Assembly: GCA_050575255.1 (NCBI GenBank)
Contig: JBNZDD010013698.1
Location: forward strand, 6,008,586 to 6,072,585
Direction of reading: 5' to 3'
Length of the DNA stretch: 64,000 nt
Source: Harriotta raleighana
Taxonomy: Eukaryota
Shown: piece by piece, positions 24,805 through 37,942 of the stretch
Position numbering within the stretch: position 1 is the first letter of the stretch
Layout: each line of letters begins with the position of its first letter
Notes under the pieces: model-generated
The model's database searches: none
Told to the model about the DNA's origin: nothing
What the model saw: only the letters and a program-made list of their open reading frames with translations
Position numbers and translations under genes: made by a program

Positions 24805-25137
24805 CCGCTGTGGCCTCCTAACCCCCTACCAATCTGCCTGCCCCCTTCAGCTCAGCAGACTCCAGCCTGCTCCACGACCCACCTGCCCCACCATCTGCGG
24901 GCGAGCCTTCAGCCACTCTGTCCCTAACCTTTGGAATTCCATCCCGCAGTCCCACCACCTCGCCCGCTCCCCCGCCTCCTTCAAGTCCCATCCCATTGGT
25001 CACCCCAAATCCCCTTCTTTCCCTCCAACCTCTCCGATCCTGACTCCAGCTCAATTCTGAAACATTGACTGTCCAGCACCTTGGTATGTCTCCTGACCTG
25101 AAAGGTGCCATGCAAATGTAATTTTATTGTTGTTGTG
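24805..25137 (+). mobile_element. L2 LINE 3' end (tail type A)
   Basis: GCCTTCAGCCACTCTG...TTGGAATTCCATCCC...TCCTGACCTGAAAGGTGCC...TGTAATTTTA(TTG)n. Confidence 0.82.
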
Positions 25138-25630
25138 ATTCATGGCTGTTTGCGGGACTTTGTTGTGTGCAAATAGGCTGCGGTTGTGTTCACCTACAAA
25201 TTACACGGTCATTAGAGACAGACAAAAAGCTGTGAGATATCCTTCACGTCAAATGGAAGGATCTTTATTAAGGATTATTGTTATTAAATATAATAATGAT
25301 CCAATTTGGGGATGTTTCATGGCAATAACTGTGATGATTTTCATCTATATTTCCAATACCTAATTGTTTTGAGGTGTGTGATCTGTGATATTGTGAAATT
25401 AAAATAAGTTGCAGTATATGTAGCAAATTTTTAAAAATACTATTGCAAACATACTGGGTTAGAGTGTAAATTGCAGGTGGGCCTTCAACTCAAGTGCTAC
25501 GGTTGTAATTTATTGTGAGCTGTCACTGATTCATCTTGAGGTCGTAAGGAGATTTTTTAAAATTGAAATTTCTGTTTCCTCTACTGTTGTAAACATACAT
25601 ATTGTTGCTGAGTCCAATTTACTCAATTTA

Positions 25631-26740
25631 ATACAAAATTACATTTGTATAGCACCTTTCACGTTGGGAGGAAGTCCCAAGGCCTCTGACAGATCTTCTG
25701 TCAGGACAGCAATGGTCTTGGAGTTGAGATGGAGGCCGAGAGATATCATGAGTATCATGTGGAAGTTGCCTGTATGTCTGTGGGTGATGTCACCAAAAGG
25801 GAGCATTTAGATGTGGAACAGGATGGAACCAAGGTCAGAGCTCTGAGGAACGCTTTCCAGGGCAGTATGGGAGCTGGAGGAGAATCCATTTGTGGAGACA
25901 AAGTGAAGACAGTTTGAAAGGTAGGATCTGAACCATTCATGGACAGAACCATGAAGGCTAAGGTGAGAGGAATGGCAACGGAGAAGGATAGAGTGGTCAA
26001 AGGCATAACAGGCAGCAGAGAGATCAAGGAGGATGAGGAGACAGAGGGAGCCCTGGTCACAAGTGGGCTATTTCTGTGTTGTAGGCAGCACCAAAACTCA
26101 ATTGGAGGGGCTTGTATAAGGAGTGGCGGAAGAGAAGGAAAAAAGCTGGGAAGCAATGACTCATTTTTGAAAGGAAAGGGAGTTTGGAGATTGAGTAGTA
26201 ATTTGATAGCAGGGATGGATCCACAGAGGATTTTTTGAGTATAGGAGTGATGACAGCTGATCCTAAAGTGGTGGAAAAAGTATAAGTGGACAGTGAGAGA
26301 TTGATGTCTGTGAATAGAGGGGCAAGGAGGTGGAGCTGAGAGATAAGGTGTAGGGCAGGGATGGGATTGAGTGAGCAGGTGGTCAGTTTCATGTGGGTTA
26401 TAATGGTGATAGAAAAGAGATTTGAAGGTGTGAAGTGAGGGACAGGTAGAGAGTATAAGGAGAAGATGAGGAGGGGGTAGCAGTTGGAAAAGCAGAGATG
26501 GCTGATCCAATCCCATCGATTTTGGAAGCCCAGCACTTCCTTGTGGAAGTAGGGGTGAAGTGCAATTCAAGTCACAGAAGATGAGGAGGAATTCAAAACA
26601 GAGGCAGAGAGAAGCTGGGGGGATCAGAGAGGATTTTGGGGGGGAGGGTGCGGAATAACGATAGATGAGGAGAATTTTAAAGGAACGATTGGAGGGATGG
26701 TAGAGGGTAAAGTGCCCGAAGGAGGGGATTAAACAGTGAG
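25631..26740 (-). mobile_element. Degenerate, internally deleted L2 LINE (endonuclease, RT and 3' tail)
   Basis: Minus strand SFGHFTLYHPS, SFKILLIYR and LLIFCDLN (APE endonuclease-like), then AVITPILKKSSVDPSLLSNY.SISKLPFLSK and FGAAYNTE (L2 RT); tail at 25631-25690. Confidence 0.88.
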
Positions 26741-27387
26741 AACTGTGTTTTATTCTAGTTTTGTTTTAGATCGTAGCACATTTTGTACAAACCAGACTCC
26801 ATTTTTGTAATGTTTCCTCTATTCTCCTTAATTGGTACTTTATTTGGTAGAATTATCCCTTTCTGCCGGTTTGCTTCCCAAGATAAAGCTAACCCCATTA
26901 ACATTCTAATTAAAACGCCAATATCTTCACAAAGCTTTTCTAGTTGTTTTTAACTGTGCCCTCAATTTGTGTCCAGAGCAGTGAAGCACTTTCCCTACAA
27001 ATAACATGTTACAGAAGCTTGTCTGTTTAATAGTCTCCCAAAATCTGTTTAAGATTTGATGGTGATCTCAATCTCAGATTTGATCTCAGTTCTACACACA
27101 TTTCTACAGAAGTGTGGAATCTAGAAGAGCAATTCATGTGTTTACTAGAAATTATAACTATATCAATGTTTAAAATTGTGTGTCATACTCAGTCAATGTA
27201 AAATAGTGAAAATAGGCCTTTACATTTCTTGTAAGTGTGTTCCAAGTGGAAGTTCCATCACTGGCTATTACATTTGAATAATTTACCTGTGATCCACCTT
27301 CAAATTCTGGGAGAATGAGAATCATTTTGTTTTGAGAGGCAGCATCCTGCATTGCTTAATTTTTTCTGCACTTTTAAGTACATAAGA

Positions 27388-27411
27388 TCAATCAATCAAT
27401 CAATCAATCAA
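27388..27411 (+). repeat. (TCAA)n microsatellite, probably an L2 tail remnant
   Basis: TCAA x6 followed by AATTACATTTATAT. Confidence 0.85.
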
Positions 27412-27591
27412 AATTACATTTATATGCTTAATAAGCTGGCGTATAACAGATTTATAACTCCTTGATTTCAGCTTTGCACGTTGAAGTTATATTGCACTGT
27501 AAATATTTTTCTCTTTAATGCAGACCAATTAATGTAAACTGGTTGTTACAATGGTTTTAATAAGTTTTGTGTGGTATTAATTTTAATATGT

Positions 27592-27732
27592 GGACCTCCG
27601 GCCGTGCCTTCAGCCACTGTGTCCCGAGGCTCTGGAATTCCCTTCCGAACTCCCTACGCCTCGCACCCTCTTTCCCCAGCTTCAGTTCCCAGTTGAAGAC
27701 CTTTCTCTTCATTGAATTTGTTGTTGTTGTGT
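27592..27732 (+). mobile_element. L2 3' fragment
   Basis: Translates GRAFSHCVPRLWNSLPNSLRLAPSFPSFSSQLKTFLF (L2 ORF2 C-terminus). Confidence 0.85.
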
Positions 27733-27852
27733 TCATTTTTATGAGGAGTCTGCTCTGGAAATGAATTTTATGAGAGTAGGTTTATGTAAGTTATATTCAA
27801 TCAATGAAAGGAGTCCCAATTGGTACATCTTGAATTCCTTATGTAAGATGTT

Positions 27853-28190
27853 AGCCTGGCTCAGTTCTTAGGACTCGCAGCTCTGGAACTGAAGGCTGTG
27901 ATTTGAAGCCCCACATTGGTCTAGGATCTCTCCAGTACAGCATGGTGGGGTCAGAGATGCCATTCTTCTGATGAGACATTGAACCAGGCTATTAAGCCTG
28001 TTGAGGTGGATGTTAAAGATCCTATAACACTATTCGAAAAAAGAGAGGTCAGTTTCTCCCAATGTCCTAGCCATCCACCCAGATAAAGTGGTCATTCACT
28101 TCATGACTGTTTTTGAAATTTGCTGTATGCAAATTGACTATTGTGTTTGTCTATAAATACTTGACAGCAACTACTTATTCAGCTCTTTGA
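27853..28190 (+). mobile_element. Deu-domain SINE
   Basis: tRNA-like head, then GATGCCATTCTTCTGATGAGACATTGAACC...AGGTGGATGTTAAAGATCC...CACTATTCGAAAAAAGAG. Confidence 0.75.
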
Positions 28191-28948
28191 CGCATTTTAA
28201 TATTATAGACTGTAGAACAAATCCAAGGATTTGAACCCATTTTAAAATACCACAAATTAAATTTTCCAGATTTTGTGTTCACTGACTGTTTAGAAATGAA
28301 TTAAATATTGTGACACAAGTCACTGTTTTCACAGGGATGGATGTTAGTGGACAAGCTGTAGAGTGACCAATCTGAAATAGAGAATTGAAGGTATTAACAC
28401 ATATAAACCATGACAGCTGGTTACTAAGTGAGATTACAGATACTTGCTGTGAAGTGAATACATTCAATATGATCAATGGAATCATTGGGATTTGCTCAGT
28501 TTACAGAGTCTTTTGAAGTCATTCTACCCACACTGAATGTTAGCTATGGTGTTAAAGTATTTAAAAGAGGCTGCAGTGAAAGAACAGGGTGAAGAAATGT
28601 AGCTGCAGTTTTGCCTAAGGTCGCTTGTTGAGAAAACGTAGATTATCATTTCAATAATTGACAAAATTTGTAAAGCACCTACTTTATTATCAAATATAAT
28701 ATTGCAGTTCTGAGAAGGTTAGTGTAACATTGCATCTGATATCCAAAGAACATTGATTTCCTTGTCACAAACTATGGCAAGGACTTTCCCTGATCATCTT
28801 AATGTAGATTTTTCTGGTGGGACTATCACATGCCCTTGTGCCAGCAGCTGCAGAAAAAACACTGAAAGGCTTTTAATGAACCTTTGATGAATTTATTGTG
28901 AATGACATTCTTGTCAGTTTTGTTCAACGTGACATTTTTTACCAAGAA

Positions 28949-29065
28949 CCAATCATGAAAAACTACTTCTTTTCAGCCTGTTTCACTCCTTGACTGTCGC
29001 TAAACTGTTGCGTTGGAAATGTGTTGTCTCTATATAAAAGCACCAGTCACTTATCTGTGCATTTT
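28949..29065 (+). promoter_or_regulatory. Candidate RNA polymerase II core promoter (CCAAT, TATA, Inr-like)
   Basis: CCAATCA at 28949, TATATAAAAG at 29031, CA(TTTT) with the A at 29061 exactly 30 nt after the TATA start; donor-like sites after 29153 and 29159. Confidence 0.3.
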
Positions 29066-29414
29066 TAGTTTGTCTTCTTAATAGCTTATTCACAGTGAAA
29101 AACAACGAACCCCTGCACTCACTCTCTCTCTTCCTCTCTCTTTTGTTCCTGAGGTACAGGTATTATAGTGCTGCTTGCAGGGTAATGGTATATTGCTTAA
29201 TCAGTTAACACCTAGCTTTTTCTAACATAGTTTCATCATTGAAACTCAGAGTCCGTGATGTATGTGTTCATCCACATTTGACGATTCTGTTTGAAGAAGA
29301 CAACAAAACCCATCTTTAGCATTGTATTTTGCAGTCAATTCACAAATCATAAAGTGTAACATGCACCACTATTGAATCGCCACTATCAGTGTGCTACAGC
29401 CTGCTTCATGGCTG

Positions 29415-29675
29415 CCAATTCACCCACCCCATCATTGACAGGCAAGCCTTCTGCCACTCTGCCCGCACCCCCTGGATCTCCATCCCACAGTCTCTTCGCC
29501 TCGCCCCCTCACTTGCCTCCTTCAAGACCAGTCTCAAGACCCTCCTCTTCGATCACCTTCCTTCCCTCCCTGCCCCCCATCTTAACTGATTCCAACCCCC
29601 AGTTCAGGTCAGAAGCACTGATTGTCCAGCACCTTGGGACGTCCTCCCGATGTGAAATAGAATTTTGTTGTGGTT
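29415..29675 (+). mobile_element. L2 3' end
   Basis: GCCTTCTGCCACTCTGCC...CTTCAAGACCAGTCTCAAGACCCTCCTCTTCG...GGGACGTCCTCCCGATGTGAAA. Confidence 0.85.
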
Positions 29676-29779
29676 GATGTTGGTCTCAAATGGATCCAAT
29701 GACCAGGCAGAAAGCTGAGGCAGCCACTAAGCCCAGCAAAGTGTGCTGCCAATGGACCAGTGAGCTCCAGAAATAATAT

Positions 29780-30220
29780 TAATAATGTATTTGTCACCTC
29801 ATGTCTGGATTACTCCAACACACTCCTTGCCAGTCTCCCCAGCTCCACCATTCAAAAGATCCAGCTGATACAGAACTCTGCGGTCCGAATACCGACCCGA
29901 CCAAGTTCCATACCCACATCTCACCAGTTCTGTTCAGGCTCCACTGACATCCCATCACCGAACAGATCGACTTGAGGATCCTTACACTCGTATTCAAATC
30001 CACTCACTCACTGGTACCTCCCCACCTCTCCAACCTCCTCACTTCCGAAAACACCACCCGGGCCTTTCGCTTGACTGGCACTGGCTCCCACTCATCACTC
30101 GCACCCTCTGCCCCACCATCGAGGTCAAGCTTTCAGCTATTATAGCCACAAACTCTGGAGCACTCTCCCTCATTCCCTCTGTCTCCCTTTCCAAGTTCCG
30201 CCTAAAATTCTTCAACTTCA
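29780..30220 (+). mobile_element. L2 ORF2 C-terminal fragment
   Basis: FVTSCLDYSNTLLASLPSSTIQKIQLIQNSAVRI matches the L2 'FVTSRLDYCNSLLAGLP...LQLIQNSAAR' motif. Confidence 0.88.
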
Positions 30221-30221
30221 A

Positions 30222-30317
30222 GTAAAGAAGTTCGCCCAAGGTTTTGCACTGCCAGGAATTGAACCCAAGTCTCTTGCTTGCAAGGCAAGTGCTCTCATGA
30301 CTGAGCTACAGGACTCC
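30222..30317 (-). mobile_element. SINE head fragment
   Basis: Minus strand GGAGTCCTGTAGCTCAGTC...GGGTTCAATTCCTGGCAG...CCTTGGGCG. Confidence 0.85.
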
Positions 30318-32039
30318 CAATAGCCATGTTATAGGCAAAGGTTACTTGCTCTCAAAAGTAGGATCTAAAATAAAATTGAGGATTTACTTAATACCAAAAT
30401 CAGTGAGATTATGGGACTCACTGTCTGAAATATTGGGTGAATCAGACAGTGTGGATGCATTTAAGAGAAAGAGCAGCACAGGGGACTTGGAGCAGGTCGG
30501 AGTTGTTGATGTTGTTGTACTTTGATATATTTCCTGAGCTTCTCTAGCTCCTTATTTCTTGTGTTGTAATCACTTGGGATAGCCACATCAGTAATACTAC
30601 ATTATTCTTCTACTTAATATTGTTCCACATGTTTCCTATTTTCACTTGCTCTGTATCATGAAATACTCCTGCTGCCTCCCACCTCTACTATATCAATCCC
30701 CCATTTTGCAATCTTGTTATTTATCCATCTCCCTTTTGAAGCAATTAATTTTCCTAAAGCTGTGCCTTAGCGTGGGTTTATGTTTTCAGAACAGGAAGGA
30801 AGATTGTTGGAAGGGGAAATAGAGATTAAAATCATAAAATAGCATAGACAGCTGTGGAGTAATGTGAGCAAAGGCGCCATCACATCTAATGGATATGTAA
30901 CAAAATCCTGCTGATAGATAAACACATTAGAACACATAAAATAATATGTTTTCTTTGACCACTCTCTATACCCAGCTTTAAGTACTGATTTAATTATATA
31001 ATACAGCATTCAAAGAATATTGATGGTGGCAATCACTAAGTTAATTTACGAATACTGAGATCTGTTTTGTCAATCTTGCAAATTCCCTGAAAGAGATTAA
31101 ATGTTATTAGGCGCACGGAAAGGTAAAAAGAGTTGCATTCAAATGTTGCTCTTCAATTGGTATAGTAGACCTCAGCTATCTGAGACCAATTCTTTAATTT
31201 CGTAAATTTTGTTAATGTAAAGTTACATGTACAATGTACATTTGTTAATGTAAAGTTAATTTTCAAAGAGTTTATTTTCTTTCAAGTGCAGTCCTGCTAG
31301 AAGGTTAATTCTGTCTTTCTTTGTTGTAGAAAAGAGGCATTTCCTTTCCTTTTTTTTTAATAGAGTATGAAGATACAATCTTTTAATCTTAGAAATCAGA
31401 CGAGATAATAATGGGAGGGCTTTGTGACCAAGAAGAAAAGTCAAGAAGGAAAGAATCTATTCACTAACTCAAAAAGCAAGTCTCTATTAACTTATAATCA
31501 TTACATACAAACCATTTGATTCTATAAAATGATCAAGGTCTGATCCAAGTGAAATCAGGTCTATGAATTAAAGAAGGAACAACAAAGCAACTTTTTTTAT
31601 TATCATTGCCTTGAAAGGCATATCTTAAGCAACAGAAGGATGTTAAAAGGTTTGCATTTCATAAAACAGTGAAGTGGTGGACAGAAATATGCAGTTCACA
31701 GGGCCATTCATTACCTCCCACATTATATAGTTCTCCATTGGGCAAGCTTCTGATGAAAATTCAGATCTAAATCATCTTGAAGATGTGAAGGAAAGGTCAG
31801 TTCCTTATTTGATCCTTTTTGGAAGCCCAGAAAATGCAAGATTCAGGGCCATAATCACCAATACTTTTTCAAAGATCAGCAAACTTATGTTACCACAAAA
31901 TCCAATAACATTTCCATCAAAAGACAACAAAAACAACACAACAAAATTACATTTGTTTAGCACCTTTCAGCTCGGGAGGATGTCCCAAAAGGCAGAATAC
32001 TTAATGACAATTCTAGAGTTCAATGTGCTTCTAGCTGTA

Positions 32040-32376
32040 ATATAATTCTTGCATTTGATGTAGTACTTTCACATATTCTAGACGTCTCAAAGCACTTCAC
32101 AGAATGTACTGTAAAGTGAATTCACTGTATATTTGTGGTCAAAATGCAGAAGCCAATTGCGCACAGCAGTGTCCCACAAACAGTCATGGATTGAGTGAGC
32201 AAATTATTTTATTTTATTTTTAAGGGATTATTATAATTTAGCTTGCATCTTCTTTTTTAGTTCATCCACAAAACATACACAGTCTGTACACTTTACATTA
32301 TATCTTGTGAAACATTTTGAGATGTCCTCCTGATGTGAAAAACACTATACCAAAGGCAAACATTATTATTATTATT
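32040..32376. mobile_element. Two SINE 3' fragments (minus at about 32040-32235, plus at about 32260-32376)
   Basis: Standard SINE body and tail motifs in opposite orientations. Confidence 0.8.
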
Positions 32377-35049
32377 AGACTAGATACTGAACAGTTGTAG
32401 AAATGTTCAGCTGCTGCTAATGTCCTTCTGGTGAATTGATGGATTGACTTCTCTGATAACTTTGAAGATATTGGCTTTCCTTAATACACAGCAATGAAAT
32501 GTGGTTAAAAAAACTGGTTTTATTTCTAACCATATTCAGACCCAATATCATTCACCTTAATGAGATGCACATTCTCTAAAAGTCAATCATAAAGTAATCA
32601 TACAGTTGTAAGATTTACTCAAAATTAAATAAGATAAAATAACATAATAATCCTTACATTTAATGTAAAGATTAATAGTTTATATTACTTTCCATGTCAG
32701 GGGGACTTCTCAAAGCTATTCTCAGCCTTTGCTGTAAACTGTAGTGGCTGAGTAATTACTTACTGCACTCACCAATGTCCAACAGCTATTTTAATTTCCA
32801 TAAAGTTAATAACCAATTTGGTTTATCTGGGGGAATGTTGGCTAGTAGAAATGGTTTTATCTTTTCAGATAGTGCAATAGAATATTTACTGATAGGAGCT
32901 TGATTTAACGTCTCGTCCAAAGGATGAGTATAACAACAACAACAACAATTTAGATTTATATAGCGCCCTCTATGCCGGACAGCGTCTCAGAGCACTTGAA
33001 ATACCATTGCAAGACTATTTCAAGAGTATGAAAGGGAAAGAGTAAGAGTATGGTATTAGAGTAGATGGCTCCTGTGAAGGAATTAGTTTCTGCAGAGATT
33101 CAACGAGTGAATGGTCTTTATCTGTGCTGTGAACTTTCTGTGATTTTATGAATGGATATAGATGACTGCAAATTAGATGTGTCAAATGCTTCAACATTTA
33201 TTTGCTTCTCTTTATTCTTCTATCCGTGTAGTAAAGTATGCTCTCAAAAGGACAGAATAAGTGAGAATCATGATCACATACAGCACAGAAGCAGACTATT
33301 CAGCTCATTGTGTCTTTGCTGTCTTTTTGAAAGTGTAATCCATTCAATCCCATTTATCTGCCTTTTCCCTTACTTCTGCAAATCACACCTTTATAATGTA
33401 GTTCCTTCTCAATCTAGATCCTATTTATTGTAAAAGCTGTTTATACTGGAATCATTTACACTGAAACATAATTCACTGAATTTTTCACCTTATACTGGAA
33501 TTACGAAACATAGTCAGTGGTTTGATATTAGCCTTTGGCTAAAAACACGTGTGGTTTGTTCAGTACATACAGTGTACTACTAGAATACTGAGCTCTCATC
33601 TAGAAGATCCAAGTGCAGAAACTGGTCTTATATTATAGTTACAAGTGGATATGTCCAAGGAGATTAGATTTTGTCAGTCACCTTGACATGAAAGCAAAAC
33701 TGTCTGTGAAGGGATCTATCCCACATTAGTCAAGGATCAACACTGCCCACAGAAATGTTTGTGGGCTGGATCAGGTTGATTCGAGATAGGAAGGCGTGAA
33801 CAATGACACTGGAAAAAGATTACAAAAATGAACCGCTCCAACATATGAATTTGTAGTTTGTAACCCTGTAAATTGCTGAGAAAAATAATATAATCTAGCA
33901 GCACCTGTCATATGTCAAGATGATCCTTCATAAGAATTGATTCCCACTGTCTCCCGTCTGTGCTGGAAAGAATGGTTGTTCAAAACGGGAACCACACAAT
34001 GCCTAGTTATTACTCACAAACTAGTCATTATGCCTAACACTGCCAAAACATTTCAAAGTGTATAAATGGCAACCGCAGCAATAAAAGAACATTTACTTAG
34101 TATTGTTAAATTCTTTAACACATTTAATACGTTACTCTTAAAAGAAATTTCATTGCCCAGCAATACCCACTCTTATTATTTATACACATAAAATTACACA
34201 ACTCATAGCTCACCAAATTGAACTGGCACATATGTGATCACCTATAACACAACGCAGATTGCTCACATGTTAAAACCATTCAGCACCAGCAGTTAATTTT
34301 GACACTAAATGCCTTTAAATTATTGTCTGAAGAGAGAAACACCCAGGAGGTAAAGCAAGGCTGTAACTCAGACTCTGAGTTCAAACAACATTCATCATAA
34401 TCTGCTCTTTCCGGATCTAAGATCATCAGAATTCCTTGATTTAATTACAGTCTTCGAACTCTCCCCCAGATATTTAACATTCTGCATACTGAACTGTACA
34501 ACTTTCTCAAGTAACCAACTTCCTGCAATTCCGAAAGCTAAATTCAAGAAGGCGTTTCCAGTCACAAAATACAGTATGATCTTTCCAGCAGTCACTGATT
34601 AAATCAGTTGGCGAGAACCCATTTCCTGGTCGTAATATTTAAACAAAGAGGAAGAAATGTATTTGGATCCTGGGACAGCTGATTTTTGAAAGGCCACTGT
34701 ACTTTGTCAAACTTTTCTTATTGTTCCTTGAGATTTAAAAAAGGTGCAATCTTGCAAAAGATATTTAAAATGTGTTATCATTCCTTCCTTCCAGCAGGGA
34801 TCCATAGAGTTGACGTCAGCAACAAGATTTACCAATGTGCAATTCTGTATGGTGGAATTTTCACTGACATCCTCTGTGGCCATGGATACCAAAGAAGAGG
34901 CTTCCACTTAGCTTATTTGGGGTCAGCTGGGTGTCTGCCACATGCGGAAACTCATCACTGTGCTTAACAACATGCGAACCAGACTGAAAGTTCTATGCAT
35001 GCACTTGGAAATCTCTCAGTGTCTGGAATGGAATATGTACTCTCTCCCA

Positions 35050-35250
35050 GCTTATCTAATTCCAGAGAGCATTAGGCACAGCATTGTTATCTGTTCTTTG
35101 AATGAGACATTAAGCCTAGGTCCCATCTGCTGTTCAGGTGGATGTTAAAGATCTGGTGGCACTTGTCAAAAAATGTCCAGAGTTTCTCCTGATCAACAAT
35201 TCACCAAATAAAATTGATCATTCATTTTACGACACATGTTTGTGGGACAT
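35050..35250 (+). mobile_element. Deu-domain SINE fragment
   Basis: GAATGAGACATTAAGCCTAGGTCCCATCTGCTGTTCAGGTGGATGTTAAAGATC. Confidence 0.7.
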
Positions 35251-35252
35251 GG

Positions 35253-35962
35253 AATTATAGAATCATAGAATTATACAGCACAGAAAGAGGCTATTCAGCC
35301 CATCATGTCTATGCCGGCTCTTTGAAAAGAGCTGTCTAAATGCATCCCATTTTGCTGCTCTCTCCCCATAATCATGCAAACTCTCCCCAAAACACTCCTT
35401 TCCAAATAATTATCTAGTCTCTTAAAGGTTGTTACTGAATTGCCTTTCAGGCAATGCATTCAGTTACTTACTCACTTGCCAGTGGAAATAGTTCCTCCTT
35501 GTTCACGCTATCGAACCCCCTGATAATTTTGAAAAATTCTCTTAAGTCTCCTCTTAACCATCTCTGCTCCAAGAAAAAGANCCACCACCCTTTCAGGCAA
35601 TGCATTCAGTTACTTACTCACTTGCCAATGGAAATAGTTCCTCCTTGTTCACGCTATCGAACCCCCTGATAATTTAGAAAAATTCTCTTAAGTCTCCTCT
35701 TAACCATCTCTGCTCCAAGAAAAAGAATCCTAGCTTCTCTAGCCTCTCCTGATAACTGAAGTCCTTCATCCCTGGTGTCATGCTGGTATATCTCCTTTGT
35801 ACCCTCTCCAATGCCTTGACATCCTTCCTGAAGTATGGTGCCCAGGACTGAACACAGTATTCGAGCTAAGACCTTGGGACATCCTCCTGACATGAAAGGC
35901 GCTATATAAATATAATTTAGATTTTTTGATTGAAGGTCTAACCAGTGATTTATAAAGGTTCA
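35253..35962 (-). mobile_element. CR1 LINE 3' fragment with nested L2 tail (about 35871-35932) and N-flanked duplication
   Basis: Minus strand LYKSLVRP, YCVQ.WAPYFRKDVKALERVQRR and 3' UTR ending in (GATTCTAT)n. Confidence 0.9.
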
Positions 35963-36393
35963 CACATTGCTGTGTACAAATTGGCTGCTATGTTCACCTA
36001 CAATATGCAGGCAATACACTGTAAAATTCTGTCAAGCACTTTGAATGGCTTGGTTACGTGTAAATCAAATTCAAGGTTTTCTGTTTTTTTATATTAACTG
36101 CAAACATTATTTATTATCAGTGGTAGATAGGAACTTGGGATTCCTTTGATGCTTTTGTTGGCATAAAGGCGAGTGCTCTAACGACTGAGCTACAGGACTC
36201 CAAAAGGGTGCATTGGGACATAAAGTGGGTCTTGTGCAGATGTCTGTTACACTGACTCAACAAAAACTTTGCTCTCGGGCCAGAGCTGAGGGCTAGTGAG
36301 TCATCACAATGTACAAGGGGACACAGGGGTCCTCACAGGAAATGCACTTCAGAACTTATTTGTAAAAGAATGTGCTGGTTAAGAATCCCCCAA

Positions 36394-36718
36394 ATAATAA
36401 TAATAATAATAATTCTTGCATTTGATATAGCACTTTTCACATCTTATCAACGTCTCAAAGCGCTTCACAGAGTATACTGTAAAGTGAATTGACTGTATAT
36501 TTGTTGGTGAAAGGTGGCAGCCAATTGCACACAGCAGTGTCCCACAAACAATCGTGGATTGAATTGACCAATTTTTATTATTGTGGTTTTTTTGGACGAA
36601 TTATTATTAGGTGTGTGGAGTAAGGAATCTTGCCCAAGGTTTCGCCCTGATCTGCCTGAATTCAAACACAGGTCTTACACTTGGGCGAGTGCTCTAACCA
36701 CTGAGCTGCAGGAGCTCC
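36394..36718 (-). mobile_element. Full-length tRNA-derived SINE
   Basis: Head GGAGCTCCTGCAGCTCAGTGGTTAGAGCAC, core, (TTA)n tail. Confidence 0.92.
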
Positions 36719-37942
36719 ACAGTAGATCCCAGGATACTGGCCTTGTTTAGTAAGGCCTAATAAGAACAGCGTTTCTTATTTTCTTTGTCATTATAAAATG
36801 AAAAACCAAGTGTCACACAAGGAAGTGAGGAATCTGGCTCTGGGAGCAGCTGTTGCTGTGCTTGTAATTACTGCAAAGCTGCCAGTAACACCAACCACTA
36901 AATACTGTCTGCTAATAACCACAAATATAATTTCTGTGGTCTCGACGGGAACACAGAGAGGAGAAAGAAGAAAAGTGTAGGTCATGCTTCAAACAGATAC
37001 TATTTGGGAGTGTGTGAAATACTACGATTGTTTTCCTCAAGGGACTGATTTATAGGCAAAGAAAGGGCTTGCCCGTGAGGAATTTAATCCAACTGGTGAC
37101 ATAACTGAATAAGATCTCTGCCCCCTCCACTGCCTGCTGGCACCCAGCTGCTGGTGCTGTAATGTAAAGATCATTGATATGATCTTCAACAGCGAAAGGA
37201 ATTCTAGAGTGCCTCAGACAAACATTAATTTTGGAAAATTTTAAAGAGTATTTTGAAAGAGGAATACAGTAAAAAAAACCTCTAATCCGCATTATTTGAG
37301 ACTGGCCCAATGTGGATGAGCAAACTGAGTGAGTAATTGGACATTCAGCAATTTCTAATTCTTTACAGAGCTAACTAAACAATGTTGCACAGGAATTATC
37401 CTGTTACTATGGTACCAGTTATGGAAGCATCCCCTGAACAAAGGTTATGTCGACCGGATGTCTGCATACATGGCGAGCTCGGTGATGTACCAGCTTGACA
37501 GGCTGCGTTGCCTGAACCTGACCATAAAGCTGTGTATTTAGAGGCCATGTGTGATCTCAGTGATTGGTACCAATGTTCATTTTTGTAGCCTTAATAATAA
37601 CAATAATAATCCTTGCATTTGATATTGCACCTTATCACGTCCTGGAGAAATCTCAGAGTTCTTCATAGGATATATTGTTAAATGATTTGACTGTGTATTT
37701 TGTGTGTGAAACATTAGATTTAATGGTCTGGTTAGAGTGAGTGTAAGCAAAATACCTTAAAATAGATATTTTCCTTACAGTAACTCTAACCAGCTCCCAC
37801 TTGTACTCATTAAAATGCACACAAAATAAAATGTCCTAATTATACATATTGACTCCCAGTTCACAGTAAAAAAAATCACAATCTGAACCTTCTAGACCAA
37901 ACTACCTGTAACAGACAAATGCTGATTTGATAAAAAGCAATA

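Noticed and set aside
25755-26570. 271-aa and 159-aa minus-strand ORFs
   Set aside because: Frameshifted L2 ORF2 relic
34395-34907. Two collinear 66-aa minus-strand ORFs suggesting a pseudogene
   Set aside because: Multiple stops in every frame and no recognisable family motif
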